A stretch of 38,990 bases of DNA from Burkholderiales bacterium (lineage in GTDB: Bacteria; Pseudomonadota; Gammaproteobacteria; Burkholderiales; SG8-39): NCBI GenBank assembly GCA_036277655.1, contig DASUMM010000278.1, positions 1-38,990 of the forward strand, given 5' to 3'. Each line of letters opens with the position of its first letter. Position 1 is the first letter of the stretch. This document shows positions 18,337 to 32,551 of the stretch, in pieces. The notes under the pieces are model-generated. The model worked only from the letters and a program-made list of their open reading frames with translations. It did no database searches and was not told where the DNA came from. A program made the translations under genes and the position numbers.

Positions 18337-20451
18337 CTATGCAGCTTTTGCCAGCGGCAGCAGCACGCTGACCGATGCGCCGCGCGCCGGGTGGCTCTCG
18401 ATCGAAATCGAGCCGCGATGCTCGTCGACAATTTTCTTCACGATCGCCAGACCCAGCCCGGTGCCGCGCGGCTTGGTCGTCACATACGGCTCGAAGATTC
18501 GCGTCATCAGCTCCTCGGGAAAGCCATCGCCATTGTCCGACACCGACAGCCGCACTTTGTCGGCCGCGCGCTCGGTGCGCACCTCGATCGACGGCGGGCG
18601 ACCGCCTGCGCGGCGCTGCAGCAGCGCGTCCTGCGCGTTCTGCAGCAGGTTGTGCAGCACCTGCCGGATCTGCGGAGCATCGGCCCAGATCGGCGGCAGC
18701 GAAGAAGCAAGCGAGGCCTCGATCGGCACTTCCGAATGCTCGTAGAGCGCCAGCACTTCGCGTACCAGCGCGTTCAGATCCATGCGCCCCGGCAATGGCG
18801 CAGGCAGCCGCGCATAGTCGCGAAAGGCATCGGCCATCGCCTTCAGCGCCGCGACCTGGTTGACGATCGTTTGCGTGCCGCGGCGTAGCGCGTCGGCGTC
18901 TTCGGGAGAAAGCTTGCCGGCCAGCTTCGATTCGAGCCGCTCAGCGGAAAGCTGGATCGGGGTGAGCGGGTTCTTGATCTCGTGAGCGAGGCGGCGGGCG
19001 ACCTCCGCCCATGCCGTCGCGCGCTGCGCGTGAATGAGCTGCGTGATGTCGTCGAACACGACTACGGTGCCGCCCGCGGATGGCAGCGCTGCACCGCGCG
19101 CGAGGAGCGTCTTTCCGGTGCCCTTCAGCTCCAGTTCGACCTGCCACGTGCTATCGCCCTCTGCCGGCAATTGCGCCTGCACCGCCCCGGCGAACGACTG
19201 CAGCGCCTGCGGCCACTCTGGCAGTCGCAGCCCGATGCAGCGCTCGAGGTCGGCGCCAAGAATCCGTTGCGCGCCGGGGTTTGCGATGGAAAGCGCCTGG
19301 GCCGTATCGAGCACCAGCACGCCGGCCGTAAGGTTCGCAAGAATGTTCTCGAGCCGCTCTTTGGCCGTCTCGAGCGCCGCGCGGTTTCCCTCCACCACGC
19401 GGCGGGCATCATCGAGCTGCCGCGTCATGGAGTTGAACGATTCGGTGAGGACGCCAAGCTCGTCCCGGCTGGTGACCGGCGTCTGGCGGCTGAAGTCGCC
19501 GCGCGCCACAGCTTGTGTCGCCTGGGCGAGGCTCGCCAGCGGCTCGGACAGCCGGCGTGCAAGGATCACGGCAAGGGCGATCGCGACGAACAGCGTCATG
19601 GCAAGCGCAAGCGTCAACGTGACGATGTAGATCCGCTTCAACTCCTCCCGCGAAAGCGCAAGTTCCCGGTAGTCGCGGTACGCTGCTTCGACCGCCTCGA
19701 CGCTGTTGCCGAACAGTTCCGGCACCGTTTGGCGCAACTGCAGGAACCGGGGCTCATCGGCAAGCGTCGTCCCGCCGACCGGCACCACCACCCGTAACGC
19801 GAGAGGCCGGCCGGCGGGCGCATCGACGGTCGCATAGCCACGCCCTCCGCGCGCCTGCCGCAGCGCCTGTGGCGAGGGCAACTCGGGGACCAGGCGCGAC
19901 ATGTCTGCGCTTGCGCTGCCAAGGACCCTGCCACCCTGGCCAACCAGAACCGCCTCCTGCGCACCGGCCTGCTCGCGCAGGCGGTTCAGCAGCACCACCT
20001 GCTGCGAAGGAGCACGGTCCGCCAGCTCGCGGGCGATCGCCCGGCTCTTCGCCTGCAGCTCCTCTAGCATCTGGTCGATCGAGGACTGCCCGAGGAACTT
20101 CGCGCCTTCGAGCGCAGCGTCTACCTTGACGTCGAACCACGATTCAATGCTGCGCGCCAGAAACTGCACCGAGACGAGATAGACCAGCGTGCCCGGCGCC
20201 AGCGCCATCAGTGCGAGCATCACCAGCAGGCGCAACCTCAACCGGGAGCCGAACTCTCGCTTGCGGTACCGTCGCACCATCATCGCGAGCTGCCAAACAG
20301 CGAGAGCGGCGAGCAGCACGGCAAGCGCCGCGTTCAATCCGATCAGCAACGGATAGTGGCGGGCAAAAAGCGCCGTATTCGCGCTTGCCGTAGCGAGCAG
20401 GAAGAGCAGCACGCCGCCCAGCGCCGCACCAATCAGCAGCAGCGTTCTCAT
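18337..20451 (-). CDS. ntrY: NtrY-like sensor histidine kinase (TM, HAMP, PAS, HisKA, HATPase)
   Basis: 704 aa with N-terminal TM helices. H-box is LAHEIKNPLTPIQLSAERL. The N, G1 and G2 boxes include DNGDGFPEE and GTGLGLAIVKKIV. The ATG overlaps the stop of the upstream DUF4390 gene (ATGA at 20448-20451). Confidence 0.82.
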   Translation of the reverse strand: MRTLLLIGAALGGVLLFLLATASANTALFARHYPLLIGLNAALAVLLAALAVWQLAMMVRRYRKREFGSRLRLRLLVMLALMALAPGTLVYLVSVQFLARSIESWFDVKVDAALEGAKFLGQSSIDQMLEELQAKSRAIARELADRAPSQQVVLLNRLREQAGAQEAVLVGQGGRVLGSASADMSRLVPELPSPQALRQARGGRGYATVDAPAGRPLALRVVVPVGGTTLADEPRFLQLRQTVPELFGNSVEAVEAAYRDYRELALSREELKRIYIVTLTLALAMTLFVAIALAVILARRLSEPLASLAQATQAVARGDFSRQTPVTSRDELGVLTESFNSMTRQLDDARRVVEGNRAALETAKERLENILANLTAGVLVLDTAQALSIANPGAQRILGADLERCIGLRLPEWPQALQSFAGAVQAQLPAEGDSTWQVELELKGTGKTLLARGAALPSAGGTVVVFDDITQLIHAQRATAWAEVARRLAHEIKNPLTPIQLSAERLESKLAGKLSPEDADALRRGTQTIVNQVAALKAMADAFRDYARLPAPLPGRMDLNALVREVLALYEHSEVPIEASLASSLPPIWADAPQIRQVLHNLLQNAQDALLQRRAGGRPPSIEVRTERAADKVRLSVSDNGDGFPEELMTRIFEPYVTTKPRGTGLGLAIVKKIVDEHRGSISIESHPARGASVSVLLPLAKAA

Positions 20452-21050
20452 TTCGACTCGGCCTCCGGCGCTTCGCGGGTGTCGGCAGGCATTGCGGAGG
20501 GACGAAATACAAACCGCCTCCAGGGCGATTCCAGGCTCAAATCGCGACTGGTGAGCGCGCTCAGCTGGAACGGCTTCGGCAGCAGAGCGGTATCCAGCCG
20601 CATGCGCACCGCGGCCTCGTAGTTGGCGTCAACAAGGGCAACCGAACGGTCCGTCACCTGCCAGTTGCGCACCCGCCGCAATACATGCAGTGCATCCTCG
20701 AGCGTCATGAATTGCTGCTGTAGCAATCCGGTCGAGAGCCGATACTGGCGCGACAGCGCGTGGTACGAAAGGCGCAACTGCATCCGCTTGGCGACGGCCT
20801 TGTCATCGAACCACCACCAGCGCGGCCGCGTGAGCTCGAACTCGGTGACGAAGTAGAGCGGCACCCCATTGGCAACCATCTCGGCGAGCCGGGGCGGCAG
20901 CTCGAACGCGAAGTCTGCATTCAGCGCCAGACCCTCGTCCTGCGGCACCAATTGCGCGCTGCGCACCTCGATTTCTTGTGCCTGGGCGGCGATTGCGGCC
21001 ACGCAGAACACTGCTGCCAGCGCAGCCTTCAGGAAAGCGGCCCCTCGCAT
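20448..21050 (-). CDS. DUF4390-like periplasmic protein
   Basis: 200 aa with a signal peptide (AAVFCVAAIAAQAQE). Conserved segment YFVTEFELTRPRWWWFDDK is present. The rsmB / DUF4390 / ntrY neighbourhood matches what I recall from Betaproteobacteria. Confidence 0.7.
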   Translation of the reverse strand: MRGAAFLKAALAAVFCVAAIAAQAQEIEVRSAQLVPQDEGLALNADFAFELPPRLAEMVANGVPLYFVTEFELTRPRWWWFDDKAVAKRMQLRLSYHALSRQYRLSTGLLQQQFMTLEDALHVLRRVRNWQVTDRSVALVDANYEAAVRMRLDTALLPKPFQLSALTSRDLSLESPWRRFVFRPSAMPADTREAPEAESK

Positions 21051-21062
21051 CGCACTTCCGCG

Positions 21063-22316
21063 TCAGTGTTTCTTTTCTAGCAGCGCAAAGTAAAAGCCGT
21101 CATGCTCGGCGCCGGGCAGGAGCTGCCCGGGCGCCGCAAGTCGCCGCGCGGACGCAGTTCGTTCGACGAAGGCCGTGACGACGGCTTCGTTCTCCTCGTC
21201 GAAGACCGAGCAGGTGACATACAGCAATTTACCACCCGGGATCAGCACCCGCCAAAGCGCATCCAGAATGCGCGCCTGGCGCGCTGCGAAGGCCGCAAGA
21301 TCCGCTTCGCGGCGCAGCCATTTGATATCCGGATGGCGGCGTACGATTCCCGATCCGGTGCACGGCACGTCGGCGAGCACGCGGTCATACATCTCGCCGC
21401 GCCACCAGCCTTGCAGGTCGCAGCAATCGGCGACCCGCACTTGCGCGGCGAGGCCGAGACGACGCAGATTGGACGTTAGGGCCTCCGCACGCGAAACCTC
21501 CAGCTCCAGCGCCGTCAGTTCGACGCTCGCCGTCTCGAGAATGTGGGCGGCTTTCCCGCCCGGCGCCGCGCATGCATCGAGCACTTGCAAGCCGGGTCGA
21601 AGCTCGAGCAAGCCGGCGGTGCGCTGGGCGCCAGCGTCCTGCACGGAAACATCGCCATCACGAAATCCGGGCAGACGCTGGACGGCAACCGGTTGTTCCA
21701 GCAGCAGCGCTCCGCCAGCAAGGACTCGGGCGCGGATGCCGTCCATCGCCAATCGCTCGACATACGCTTGCGCCGTTGAACGCCTTGCGTTTGCCCGCAG
21801 CGCCATCGGCGCACGGCCGTTTCCCGACGAGAGGATGCGCTCCCAGTCATCGGGATAGTCCGCGCGCAGGCGCTCGATCCACCACGCCGGATGCTGGTGA
21901 CGCGCGACCGGCTCGCGCGCCAGTTGCGCTTCGACCCTGGCACTTGCACGTACGCGCTCGCGCAGCAGCGCATTCACGTATCCGGCTGCGTGGCCATCGC
22001 CCAGCATGTTGCAGGCGCGCACCGCCTGATCGACCACCGTATGCTCGCCGTACCGCTTCGATTCCAGCGCATACAACGCGCACCACAGCAGCGCCTCGAC
22101 TCGCGGGGTCGGCCGCCCGCGCCGGGAAAGAATGCGGATTGTTTCCTGCATTCGCCCGTAGCGCCGCAGCGTGCCAAAACACAGATCGGTGACCGCCGGA
22201 CGCAGCCTGCCGCTGTCGGTCGATTCGAGGTCGAGTACCGGCGGAAGGCTTCGTCCTGCGGCAACCCGGGCGACCAGCCGTGCGGCTTCTCGCAGAGAAT
22301 CAGCCAGCGGATGCAA
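21063..22316 (-). CDS. rsmB: 16S rRNA (cytosine967-C5)-methyltransferase
   Basis: 417 aa with an N-terminal NusB-like domain. SAM motif is DACAAPGGKAAH and the catalytic region is DVPCTGSGIVRRHPD. The start overlaps the fmt 3' end by 17 nt, so the start is slightly uncertain. Confidence 0.9.
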   Translation of the reverse strand: MHPLADSLREAARLVARVAAGRSLPPVLDLESTDSGRLRPAVTDLCFGTLRRYGRMQETIRILSRRGRPTPRVEALLWCALYALESKRYGEHTVVDQAVRACNMLGDGHAAGYVNALLRERVRASARVEAQLAREPVARHQHPAWWIERLRADYPDDWERILSSGNGRAPMALRANARRSTAQAYVERLAMDGIRARVLAGGALLLEQPVAVQRLPGFRDGDVSVQDAGAQRTAGLLELRPGLQVLDACAAPGGKAAHILETASVELTALELEVSRAEALTSNLRRLGLAAQVRVADCCDLQGWWRGEMYDRVLADVPCTGSGIVRRHPDIKWLRREADLAAFAARQARILDALWRVLIPGGKLLYVTCSVFDEENEAVVTAFVERTASARRLAAPGQLLPGAEHDGFYFALLEKKH

Positions 22317-23232
22317 ACCGCTCGCCCGGAGAAAGCCGAAATCCGCGCAGGAACTCCTCGGCGTGCATGCGGCGGCTTCCGGCTCGCTGCAATTCCAGAA
22401 TGTTCAGCGCGCCCTCGCAGCAAGCGACGCGGATGCCTTCCCGATCGGCGCTCAATACCTCGCCAGGCTCGCCGGATCCTTCAACTTCCGCGGCGCCCCA
22501 AACCTTGCAGCGCACGCCGCGCACCCACGTCTGGGCGCCAGGGCGAGGACGGAAAGCGCGCACTTGGCGCTCGGCCTGCTGCGCCGGTTTCGACCAGTCA
22601 AGCGTGGTTTCGCCCTCGGAGATCTTTCGTGCGTAGGTGACACCGCTTTGCGGCTGATCACGGGCTTGCGCGCGGCCTGCTGCGCACTCTTCGAGCACCT
22701 GCAGAAGAAGCTCGGCGCCGAGATCCGCCAGTCGGTCATGGAGCGAGCCGCAGTCGTCGTCCTCTGCAATCGGGACGCCATGCTGCGCGAGGATGGGCCC
22801 GGTGTCGAGCCCTTCGTCCATGCGAATGATCGTAACCCCGGTCTCACGATCGCCGGCAAGAAGCGCGCGCTGGATCGGCGCGGCCCCCCGCCAGCGCGGC
22901 AGCAAGGAAGCGTGCACGTTCAGCGCGCCGTAGCTCGGCAGATCAAGAACGGCACGCGGAACGATGAGGCCATATGCCGCCGTCACGATGGCCTCGGCGC
23001 CGCTCACCTCGAGTCGCTGGCGGCTTTCCGTATCCCTGAGGGAATGCGGCTGAAACACCGCCAGGCGCCGCGCAAGGGCGAGCTCTTTGACCGGCCCGGC
23101 TTGCGGTTTGAGGCCACGCCCTCTCGGACGATCCGGCTGCGTGAGAACGAGCACGATCTCATGCCTCGCCTCCAACAATCTGGACAGCACCTGCGCTGCA
23201 AATTCGGGAGTGCCGGCGAAGACGATGCGCAT
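22300..23232 (-). CDS. fmt: methionyl-tRNA formyltransferase
   Basis: 310 aa, MRIVFAGTPEFAAQVL, with HASLLPRWRGAAPIQRA. Confidence 0.95.
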   Translation of the reverse strand: MRIVFAGTPEFAAQVLSRLLEARHEIVLVLTQPDRPRGRGLKPQAGPVKELALARRLAVFQPHSLRDTESRQRLEVSGAEAIVTAAYGLIVPRAVLDLPSYGALNVHASLLPRWRGAAPIQRALLAGDRETGVTIIRMDEGLDTGPILAQHGVPIAEDDDCGSLHDRLADLGAELLLQVLEECAAGRAQARDQPQSGVTYARKISEGETTLDWSKPAQQAERQVRAFRPRPGAQTWVRGVRCKVWGAAEVEGSGEPGEVLSADREGIRVACCEGALNILELQRAGSRRMHAEEFLRGFRLSPGERFASAG

Positions 23233-23272
23233 CGAACCCAGGGGCAGGCCGCGCGCCGGGCGAGGCAGCCCT

Positions 23273-23776
23273 TCAGGCGCTGCGACGCAATTGCTTGGAG
23301 AGCTTGACGCGAATGCGCTGCTGCTTAAGCGTCGAGAGGTACTCGACGAACACCTTGCCGCGCAGGTGATCCATCTCGTGCTGAATGCAGACAGCCAGCA
23401 GACCTTGCGCTTCCATCGTGAGCGCGTTGCCGTTCGGGTCGTAGGCGCGCACGCGAATTCGCTCGGCGCGCTCCACCGTGTCGTAGATCCCCGGAACCGA
23501 GAGACAGCCCTCCTCGATGTCGGAGATTCCCCAACGTTCGACGACTTCGGGGTTAACGAGCGAGACCAGCGAATCCCGCCGTTCTGATACGTCGACGACG
23601 ATTACCTGCTTGTGCACGTCCACCTGGGTGGCCGAAAGGCCGATTCCCGGCGCGGCGTACATCGTCTCCGCCATGTCGCGCACGAGCGCCTTCAGTGAGG
23701 CATCGAAGACCGTAACCGGGGCGGCCGTCTTATGGAGGCGCGCATCCGGATACCGGAGGATACTCAGAATTGCCAT
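23273..23776 (-). CDS. def: peptide deformylase
   Basis: 167 aa with the three PDF motifs [17 protein letters not shown] and QHEMDHL. Confidence 0.95.
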   Translation of the reverse strand: MAILSILRYPDARLHKTAAPVTVFDASLKALVRDMAETMYAAPGIGLSATQVDVHKQVIVVDVSERRDSLVSLVNPEVVERWGISDIEEGCLSVPGIYDTVERAERIRVRAYDPNGNALTMEAQGLLAVCIQHEMDHLRGKVFVEYLSTLKQQRIRVKLSKQLRRSA

Positions 23777-23798
23777 GAACTAGTCAAATCAGTTGCAG

Positions 23799-23809
23799 AT
23801 TGAATCAAT
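23799..23809. repeat. 11-bp palindrome ATTGAATCAAT
   Basis: Read directly from the sequence in the AT-rich part of the def / LysM-gene divergent spacer, 23 nt from the def start codon. Confidence 0.5.
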
Positions 23810-23823
23810 TAGATGCAGTATCT

Positions 23824-23845
23824 CAGGCAGCGCCTAAGCTGCCTG
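23824..23845. repeat. perfect 8-bp inverted repeat CAGGCAGC-GCCTAA-GCTGCCTG
   Basis: Read directly from the sequence in the 154-bp def / LysM-gene divergent spacer. Function is unknown (operator or RNA hairpin). Confidence 0.55.
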
Positions 23846-23930
23846 CAGTTTATGCTACATTTGCGGGCAAGAAAACGGGAGGCCGACCTGACCCAGTCGG
23901 AAAAAAACATCACCATCCAAGGGGACCGCA

Positions 23931-25013
23931 ATGCGCAATAGACAGCGTAAGTCTATCACAACGCTCGTTTTTGTATTGTGCGGCCTCCTCGCGCCAGGGG
24001 CGTTCGCTCAAGCGCCAAGGGCTCCGACCCCAGCCAAGCCAACGACCGCGCTTGCACTCAAGCCGGCCGCCCCGGACCGCTATGTCGTCGTTCCGGGCGA
24101 CACACTGTGGGGGATCGCCGAGCGCTTTACCGATTCCCCGTGGCGGTGGCCCGAGTTGTGGAACATGAACCGGGAGCAGATCCGCAACCCTCACCGGATC
24201 TACCCTGGGGACGTCATCGTCATTGACCGCTCGCGCGGACGGTTGGCGCTTGCAGGGACAACCAAGCTCGCCCCGAAGGTTCGCGAAGAGTCGCTGGGTA
24301 CCGAAGCAATTCCGAGCATTGCGCCGAACATCATTGAGCCGTTCCTTACCCGGCCCTTGGTCGTAGAGCCCGATGGCATCGACGAGGCGCCGCGAATCGT
24401 CGCTCTCGATGAGGGACGGGTGGTGGTCGGCGACGGTGGCAAGGCCTTCGTCAGCGGCATGGGCGATTCCAAGGAAGTCTCTTGGAACCTGTATCGCCGG
24501 GGAAGCGCGCTGATCGACCCGGATACCAACACTACGCTTGGATATGAAGCGATTTATCTCGGCATCGCCCGGCTGGTGAAATCCGGCGAGCCGGCCACCA
24601 TCGAGCTTGCTTCGGTGACGCAAGAGATCGGCATCGGCGATCGCCTCGTGCCAGCTGGCCGTCCGGAGATCGTGCGCTACGCTCCGCGCGCGCCTGCGGG
24701 AGAGGTTCAGGGCAGAGTAATGTCGATCTACGGCGGTCTAGGAACGGTCGGCGAGGCGGGGCGGCACTCGATCATTACGCTGAATCGCGGCAGGGCCGAC
24801 GGGCTGGAACTGGGACACGTCCTCGCGCTTCATCGTCACCGCGGTGTCGTAATCGACCGCACGGGGCCGAAGGGCACTCGTGAAACGGTGCAGCTTCCGG
24901 ACGAGCGCTATGGCCTCGCATTCGTATTTCGGGTGTTCGATCGAGTTTCGTACGCGCTGGTCATGAACGTTTCTCGCCCCGTCACCGCCCGGGACCTCGT
25001 TCGCACACCTTGA
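23931..25013 (+). CDS. LysM peptidoglycan-binding domain protein (secreted)
   Basis: 360 aa with a signal peptide ending GAFAQA. LysM motif is YVVVPGDTLWGIAERF...IYPGDVIVI. It is divergent from def and upstream of dprA. Confidence 0.85.
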   Translation: MRNRQRKSITTLVFVLCGLLAPGAFAQAPRAPTPAKPTTALALKPAAPDRYVVVPGDTLWGIAERFTDSPWRWPELWNMNREQIRNPHRIYPGDVIVIDRSRGRLALAGTTKLAPKVREESLGTEAIPSIAPNIIEPFLTRPLVVEPDGIDEAPRIVALDEGRVVVGDGGKAFVSGMGDSKEVSWNLYRRGSALIDPDTNTTLGYEAIYLGIARLVKSGEPATIELASVTQEIGIGDRLVPAGRPEIVRYAPRAPAGEVQGRVMSIYGGLGTVGEAGRHSIITLNRGRADGLELGHVLALHRHRGVVIDRTGPKGTRETVQLPDERYGLAFVFRVFDRVSYALVMNVSRPVTARDLVRTP

Positions 25014-25079
25014 TCGACCCCTGCGGGCCGGTGGCGCTCGCCTGCCCGCTTCGTCCCGGCGGTTAGCCAGCGCTCAACC

Positions 25080-26174
25080 ATGAGCGCCGACCACGGCCTT
25101 GCCAGCTGGCTGCGGCTTTGTCTTGCTCCGGGCATCGGCTCCGCCCGGCTGCGCGAAGTGCTCGCCAAGTTTGGCTTACCCGAAGCGGTACTCGGCGCCG
25201 GCCGCCAGCGGCTCTCACAGTACCTGCCCGAGTCCGCAATCGACGCATTGTTCTCAGACCTGGTGGTTCAGCGGGTGGAGGTGGCCCTGCGCTGGGCTCG
25301 CGAGCCGAACCGCAGGCTCTTGACGCTCGATCAGCCGTCCTACCCCCGAGCCTTGCTCGAGACAGCCGATCCGCCGGCGCTGCTTTACTGCGCAGGCCGG
25401 ACGGAACTGCTTGAGCGGGCATCTCTCGCGATTGTGGGCAGTCGAAACGCGACGCCGCAGGGGGTGCGGGATGCACACTCGTTTGCGCGCTCGCTGAGCG
25501 ATGCCGGATTCACCATTGTGTCCGGGCTTGCGCTGGGGATTGATGCGGCTGCTCACCAGGGGGGGCTTTCGGGCAGCAGCTCGACCATCGCGGTTCTCGG
25601 CACCGGCGTAGACGTGATCTATCCGCCCGGAAATGCTTCGCTTGCCAAGGAGATCGAGGAGAACGGGTTGCTTCTGTCCGAGTTTCCCCTCGGTACCCCA
25701 CCCGCACGTCAAAACTTCCCGCGCAGAAATCGCATCATCAGCGGCCTCGGACGCGGCACTCTGATCGTCGAGGCAGCACTGTCCTCCGGTTCGTTGATCA
25801 CCGCGCGGGCCGCACTCGAACAGGGTCGCGAAGTCTTCGCAATTCCGGGATCGATTCACTCTCCGCTCTCTAAGGGCAGCCATAGCCTGATCAAAGCGGG
25901 GGCGAAGCTGGTGGAATCGGCGGAGGATGTACTGAGCGAGCTTGCCCCAGCCATGGCGCGAGAGCGCAGGCCTTCAGCTACTGCAGGTTCTGCGCTCCCG
26001 CACGCCTCGAACGAGATGTTGCTTGATCACATCGGCACCGACCCGATCGACATTGACTCGCTCTCGGCCCGTTGCGGGTTGCCGGCGCAGCAAGTCAGCG
26101 CAGAGTTGCTGCGGCTGGAACTCGAGGGGCGGGTGGCCGCGCTTCCGGGAGGGTTGTACCAGCGGTTGCATTAG
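25080..26174 (+). CDS. dprA: DNA-processing protein DprA (Smf)
   Basis: 364 aa with the DprA Rossmann-like core AIVGSRNATPQG...GLALGIDAAAHQG...FPRRNRIISGL and a C-terminal winged-helix extension. Confidence 0.92.
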   Translation: MSADHGLASWLRLCLAPGIGSARLREVLAKFGLPEAVLGAGRQRLSQYLPESAIDALFSDLVVQRVEVALRWAREPNRRLLTLDQPSYPRALLETADPPALLYCAGRTELLERASLAIVGSRNATPQGVRDAHSFARSLSDAGFTIVSGLALGIDAAAHQGGLSGSSSTIAVLGTGVDVIYPPGNASLAKEIEENGLLLSEFPLGTPPARQNFPRRNRIISGLGRGTLIVEAALSSGSLITARAALEQGREVFAIPGSIHSPLSKGSHSLIKAGAKLVESAEDVLSELAPAMARERRPSATAGSALPHASNEMLLDHIGTDPIDIDSLSARCGLPAQQVSAELLRLELEGRVAALPGGLYQRLH

Positions 26175-26242
26175 CACCCGGCGTCGTGCGGGTTGTCCCG
26201 CCCTGGGCTTTGCGAGTATCCTCTGCGGCCTTTTTGGCACCC

Positions 26243-31215
<4,973 letters not shown>

Positions 31216-32322
31216 TCAGATTCGCATCGGCATGACGACGTACTTGAAGTCCGGCTCCGAAGGCAATGTGATGAGCGCGCTCGAAGCGGCGTCGCCGAAG
31301 CTGCACTGAAGCTCGCTCCCCGCCACGTTGTTCAGCACGTCGAGCAGGTAGTTGACGTTGAAGCCGATGTCGAGCGCATCCCCCGGATACTGGATTTCCA
31401 GCGTCTCCTCTGCTTCCTCCTGCTCGGCATTCGACGTCACGATCTTCAGGCTCTCCGCGGAGAGCACCCAGCGCACGCCGCGGAACTTCTCGTTCGAGAG
31501 AATCGCCGCCCGCAGCAGGGCCTGGCGCAGCGACTCGCGCTGCAGCGTAATGGTGTTCTTGTGCCCGGTCGGGATGACCCGCGTGTAGTCCGGGAACTTG
31601 CCGTCCACGAGCTTCGAGACGAGCTCGATCGAGCCAAACGAGAACGCTGCCTGACTCGACGAAAGCTCGATTCGGACCTCCTCGTCTCCGTCTCCCAGCA
31701 GCTTCGCAAGCTCTATTACCGTCTTGCGAGGCACGATCACTTCCTGCCGCGGAAGGGAGCCGTTCAGCGCCACGGCTGCATAAGAGAGCCGATGCCCGTC
31801 GGTCGCAACCAGCCGCAGCTGCCCTGCATCGACGACCATCAGCAGGCCATTCAAGTAATAGCGGATGTCCTGTTGGGCCATGGCGTACTGCACCAGTCCG
31901 AGCAGGCGCTTCAGATCCTTCTGCGGCAATGCAAAGCGCACAGGCTCTCCGAGTGGCCGGGCAAGTCGCGGGAAATCCTCTGCCGGTAGCGTTTGCAGCA
32001 CGAAACGGCTACGTCCGGCCTTGACCAGCATGCGCTTGTCCTGCATCTGCAGGGTGACTTCGGCGTCCTCGGGCAGCGCGCGCAAGATGTCGATCAGCTT
32101 GCGTGCTCCGACGGTAATCGCATGCGCGTCGTTCGACGCATCCAGGTCGGAACTCGCGCGAATCTGCACTTCGATGTCGGTGGCGAGGAACGACAACTTT
32201 CCTTCGCCTCGCTCCAGCAGGACGTTGGAGAGAATCGGCAGCGTGTGCCGACGCTCGATGATGCCGCTGACCGCAGAGAGCGGAGCAAGCAAAGCATCGC
32301 GTTTGGCTTTCAGCAGAATCAT
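31216..32322 (-). CDS. dnaN: DNA polymerase III beta sliding clamp
   Basis: Track ORF 31216..32385, trimmed to MILLKAKRDALLAPLSAVSGIIERRHTLPILSNVLLE (ATG at 32322..32320). A strong Shine-Dalgarno sequence, GGGAGAGGGA, precedes it. The C-terminus is ...KYVVMPMRI. Confidence 0.95.
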   Translation of the reverse strand: MILLKAKRDALLAPLSAVSGIIERRHTLPILSNVLLERGEGKLSFLATDIEVQIRASSDLDASNDAHAITVGARKLIDILRALPEDAEVTLQMQDKRMLVKAGRSRFVLQTLPAEDFPRLARPLGEPVRFALPQKDLKRLLGLVQYAMAQQDIRYYLNGLLMVVDAGQLRLVATDGHRLSYAAVALNGSLPRQEVIVPRKTVIELAKLLGDGDEEVRIELSSSQAAFSFGSIELVSKLVDGKFPDYTRVIPTGHKNTITLQRESLRQALLRAAILSNEKFRGVRWVLSAESLKIVTSNAEQEEAEETLEIQYPGDALDIGFNVNYLLDVLNNVAGSELQCSFGDAASSALITLPSEPDFKYVVMPMRI

Positions 32323-32337
32323 TTCATTCCCTCTCCC

Positions 32338-32367
32338 TGATACAACAAACCAATAATCAACAATAAC
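32338..32367. other. AT-rich, strand-asymmetric tract upstream of dnaN
   Basis: The sequence TGATACAACAAACCAATAATCAACAATAAC has 8 G/C in 30 nt (27% GC) in a genome that is otherwise about two-thirds GC. There is only one G on the plus strand. CAATAA occurs twice. It lies directly 5' of the dnaN Shine-Dalgarno sequence. Confidence 0.6.
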
Positions 32368-32424
32368 GGCACGTGTTCGGTGCACAACGCAGAAACGTGC
32401 GAGCGAACCGGGAGTTGCGTGCTC

Positions 32425-32441
32425 GCATTGCGATGCAATGC
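32425..32441. repeat. perfect 7-bp inverted repeat GCATTGC-GAT-GCAATGC (hairpin)
   Basis: Read directly from the sequence in the dnaA-dnaN spacer, about 110 nt downstream of the dnaA stop. No U-tract follows on the minus-strand transcript, so it is not a canonical intrinsic terminator. The confidence value refers to the presence of the repeat; its function is unknown. Confidence 0.6.
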
Positions 32442-32454
32442 CGGTGCATCGCGC

Positions 32455-32463
32455 TGTGGATCA
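32455..32463. promoter_or_regulatory. DnaA-box-like 9-mer TGTGGATCA (8/9 to TGTGGATAA)
   Basis: Located in the 229-bp dnaA-dnaN spacer. It is the best DnaA-box match I found in the non-coding parts of the window. Confidence 0.4.
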
Positions 32464-32551
32464 TTGTGAGCGCCTTGGGTCGAAGCTCGGGCGGATGGGT
32501 TTGCGCACAATTGGTGCCCGGCGTGCGCACAGGCTTTTCCACCACGCCGGG

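Noticed and set aside
15748-18888. A 1046-aa plus-strand ORF running antisense through trkA, ntrX and the 3' part of ntrY, and crossing two intergenic gaps without a stop
   Set aside because: The translation is low-complexity and rich in Arg, His, Gln, Ala and Asp, with no recognisable motifs. It lies exactly opposite three genes with strong family signatures. Long stop-free antisense frames are expected in DNA this GC-rich, so this is a shadow ORF.
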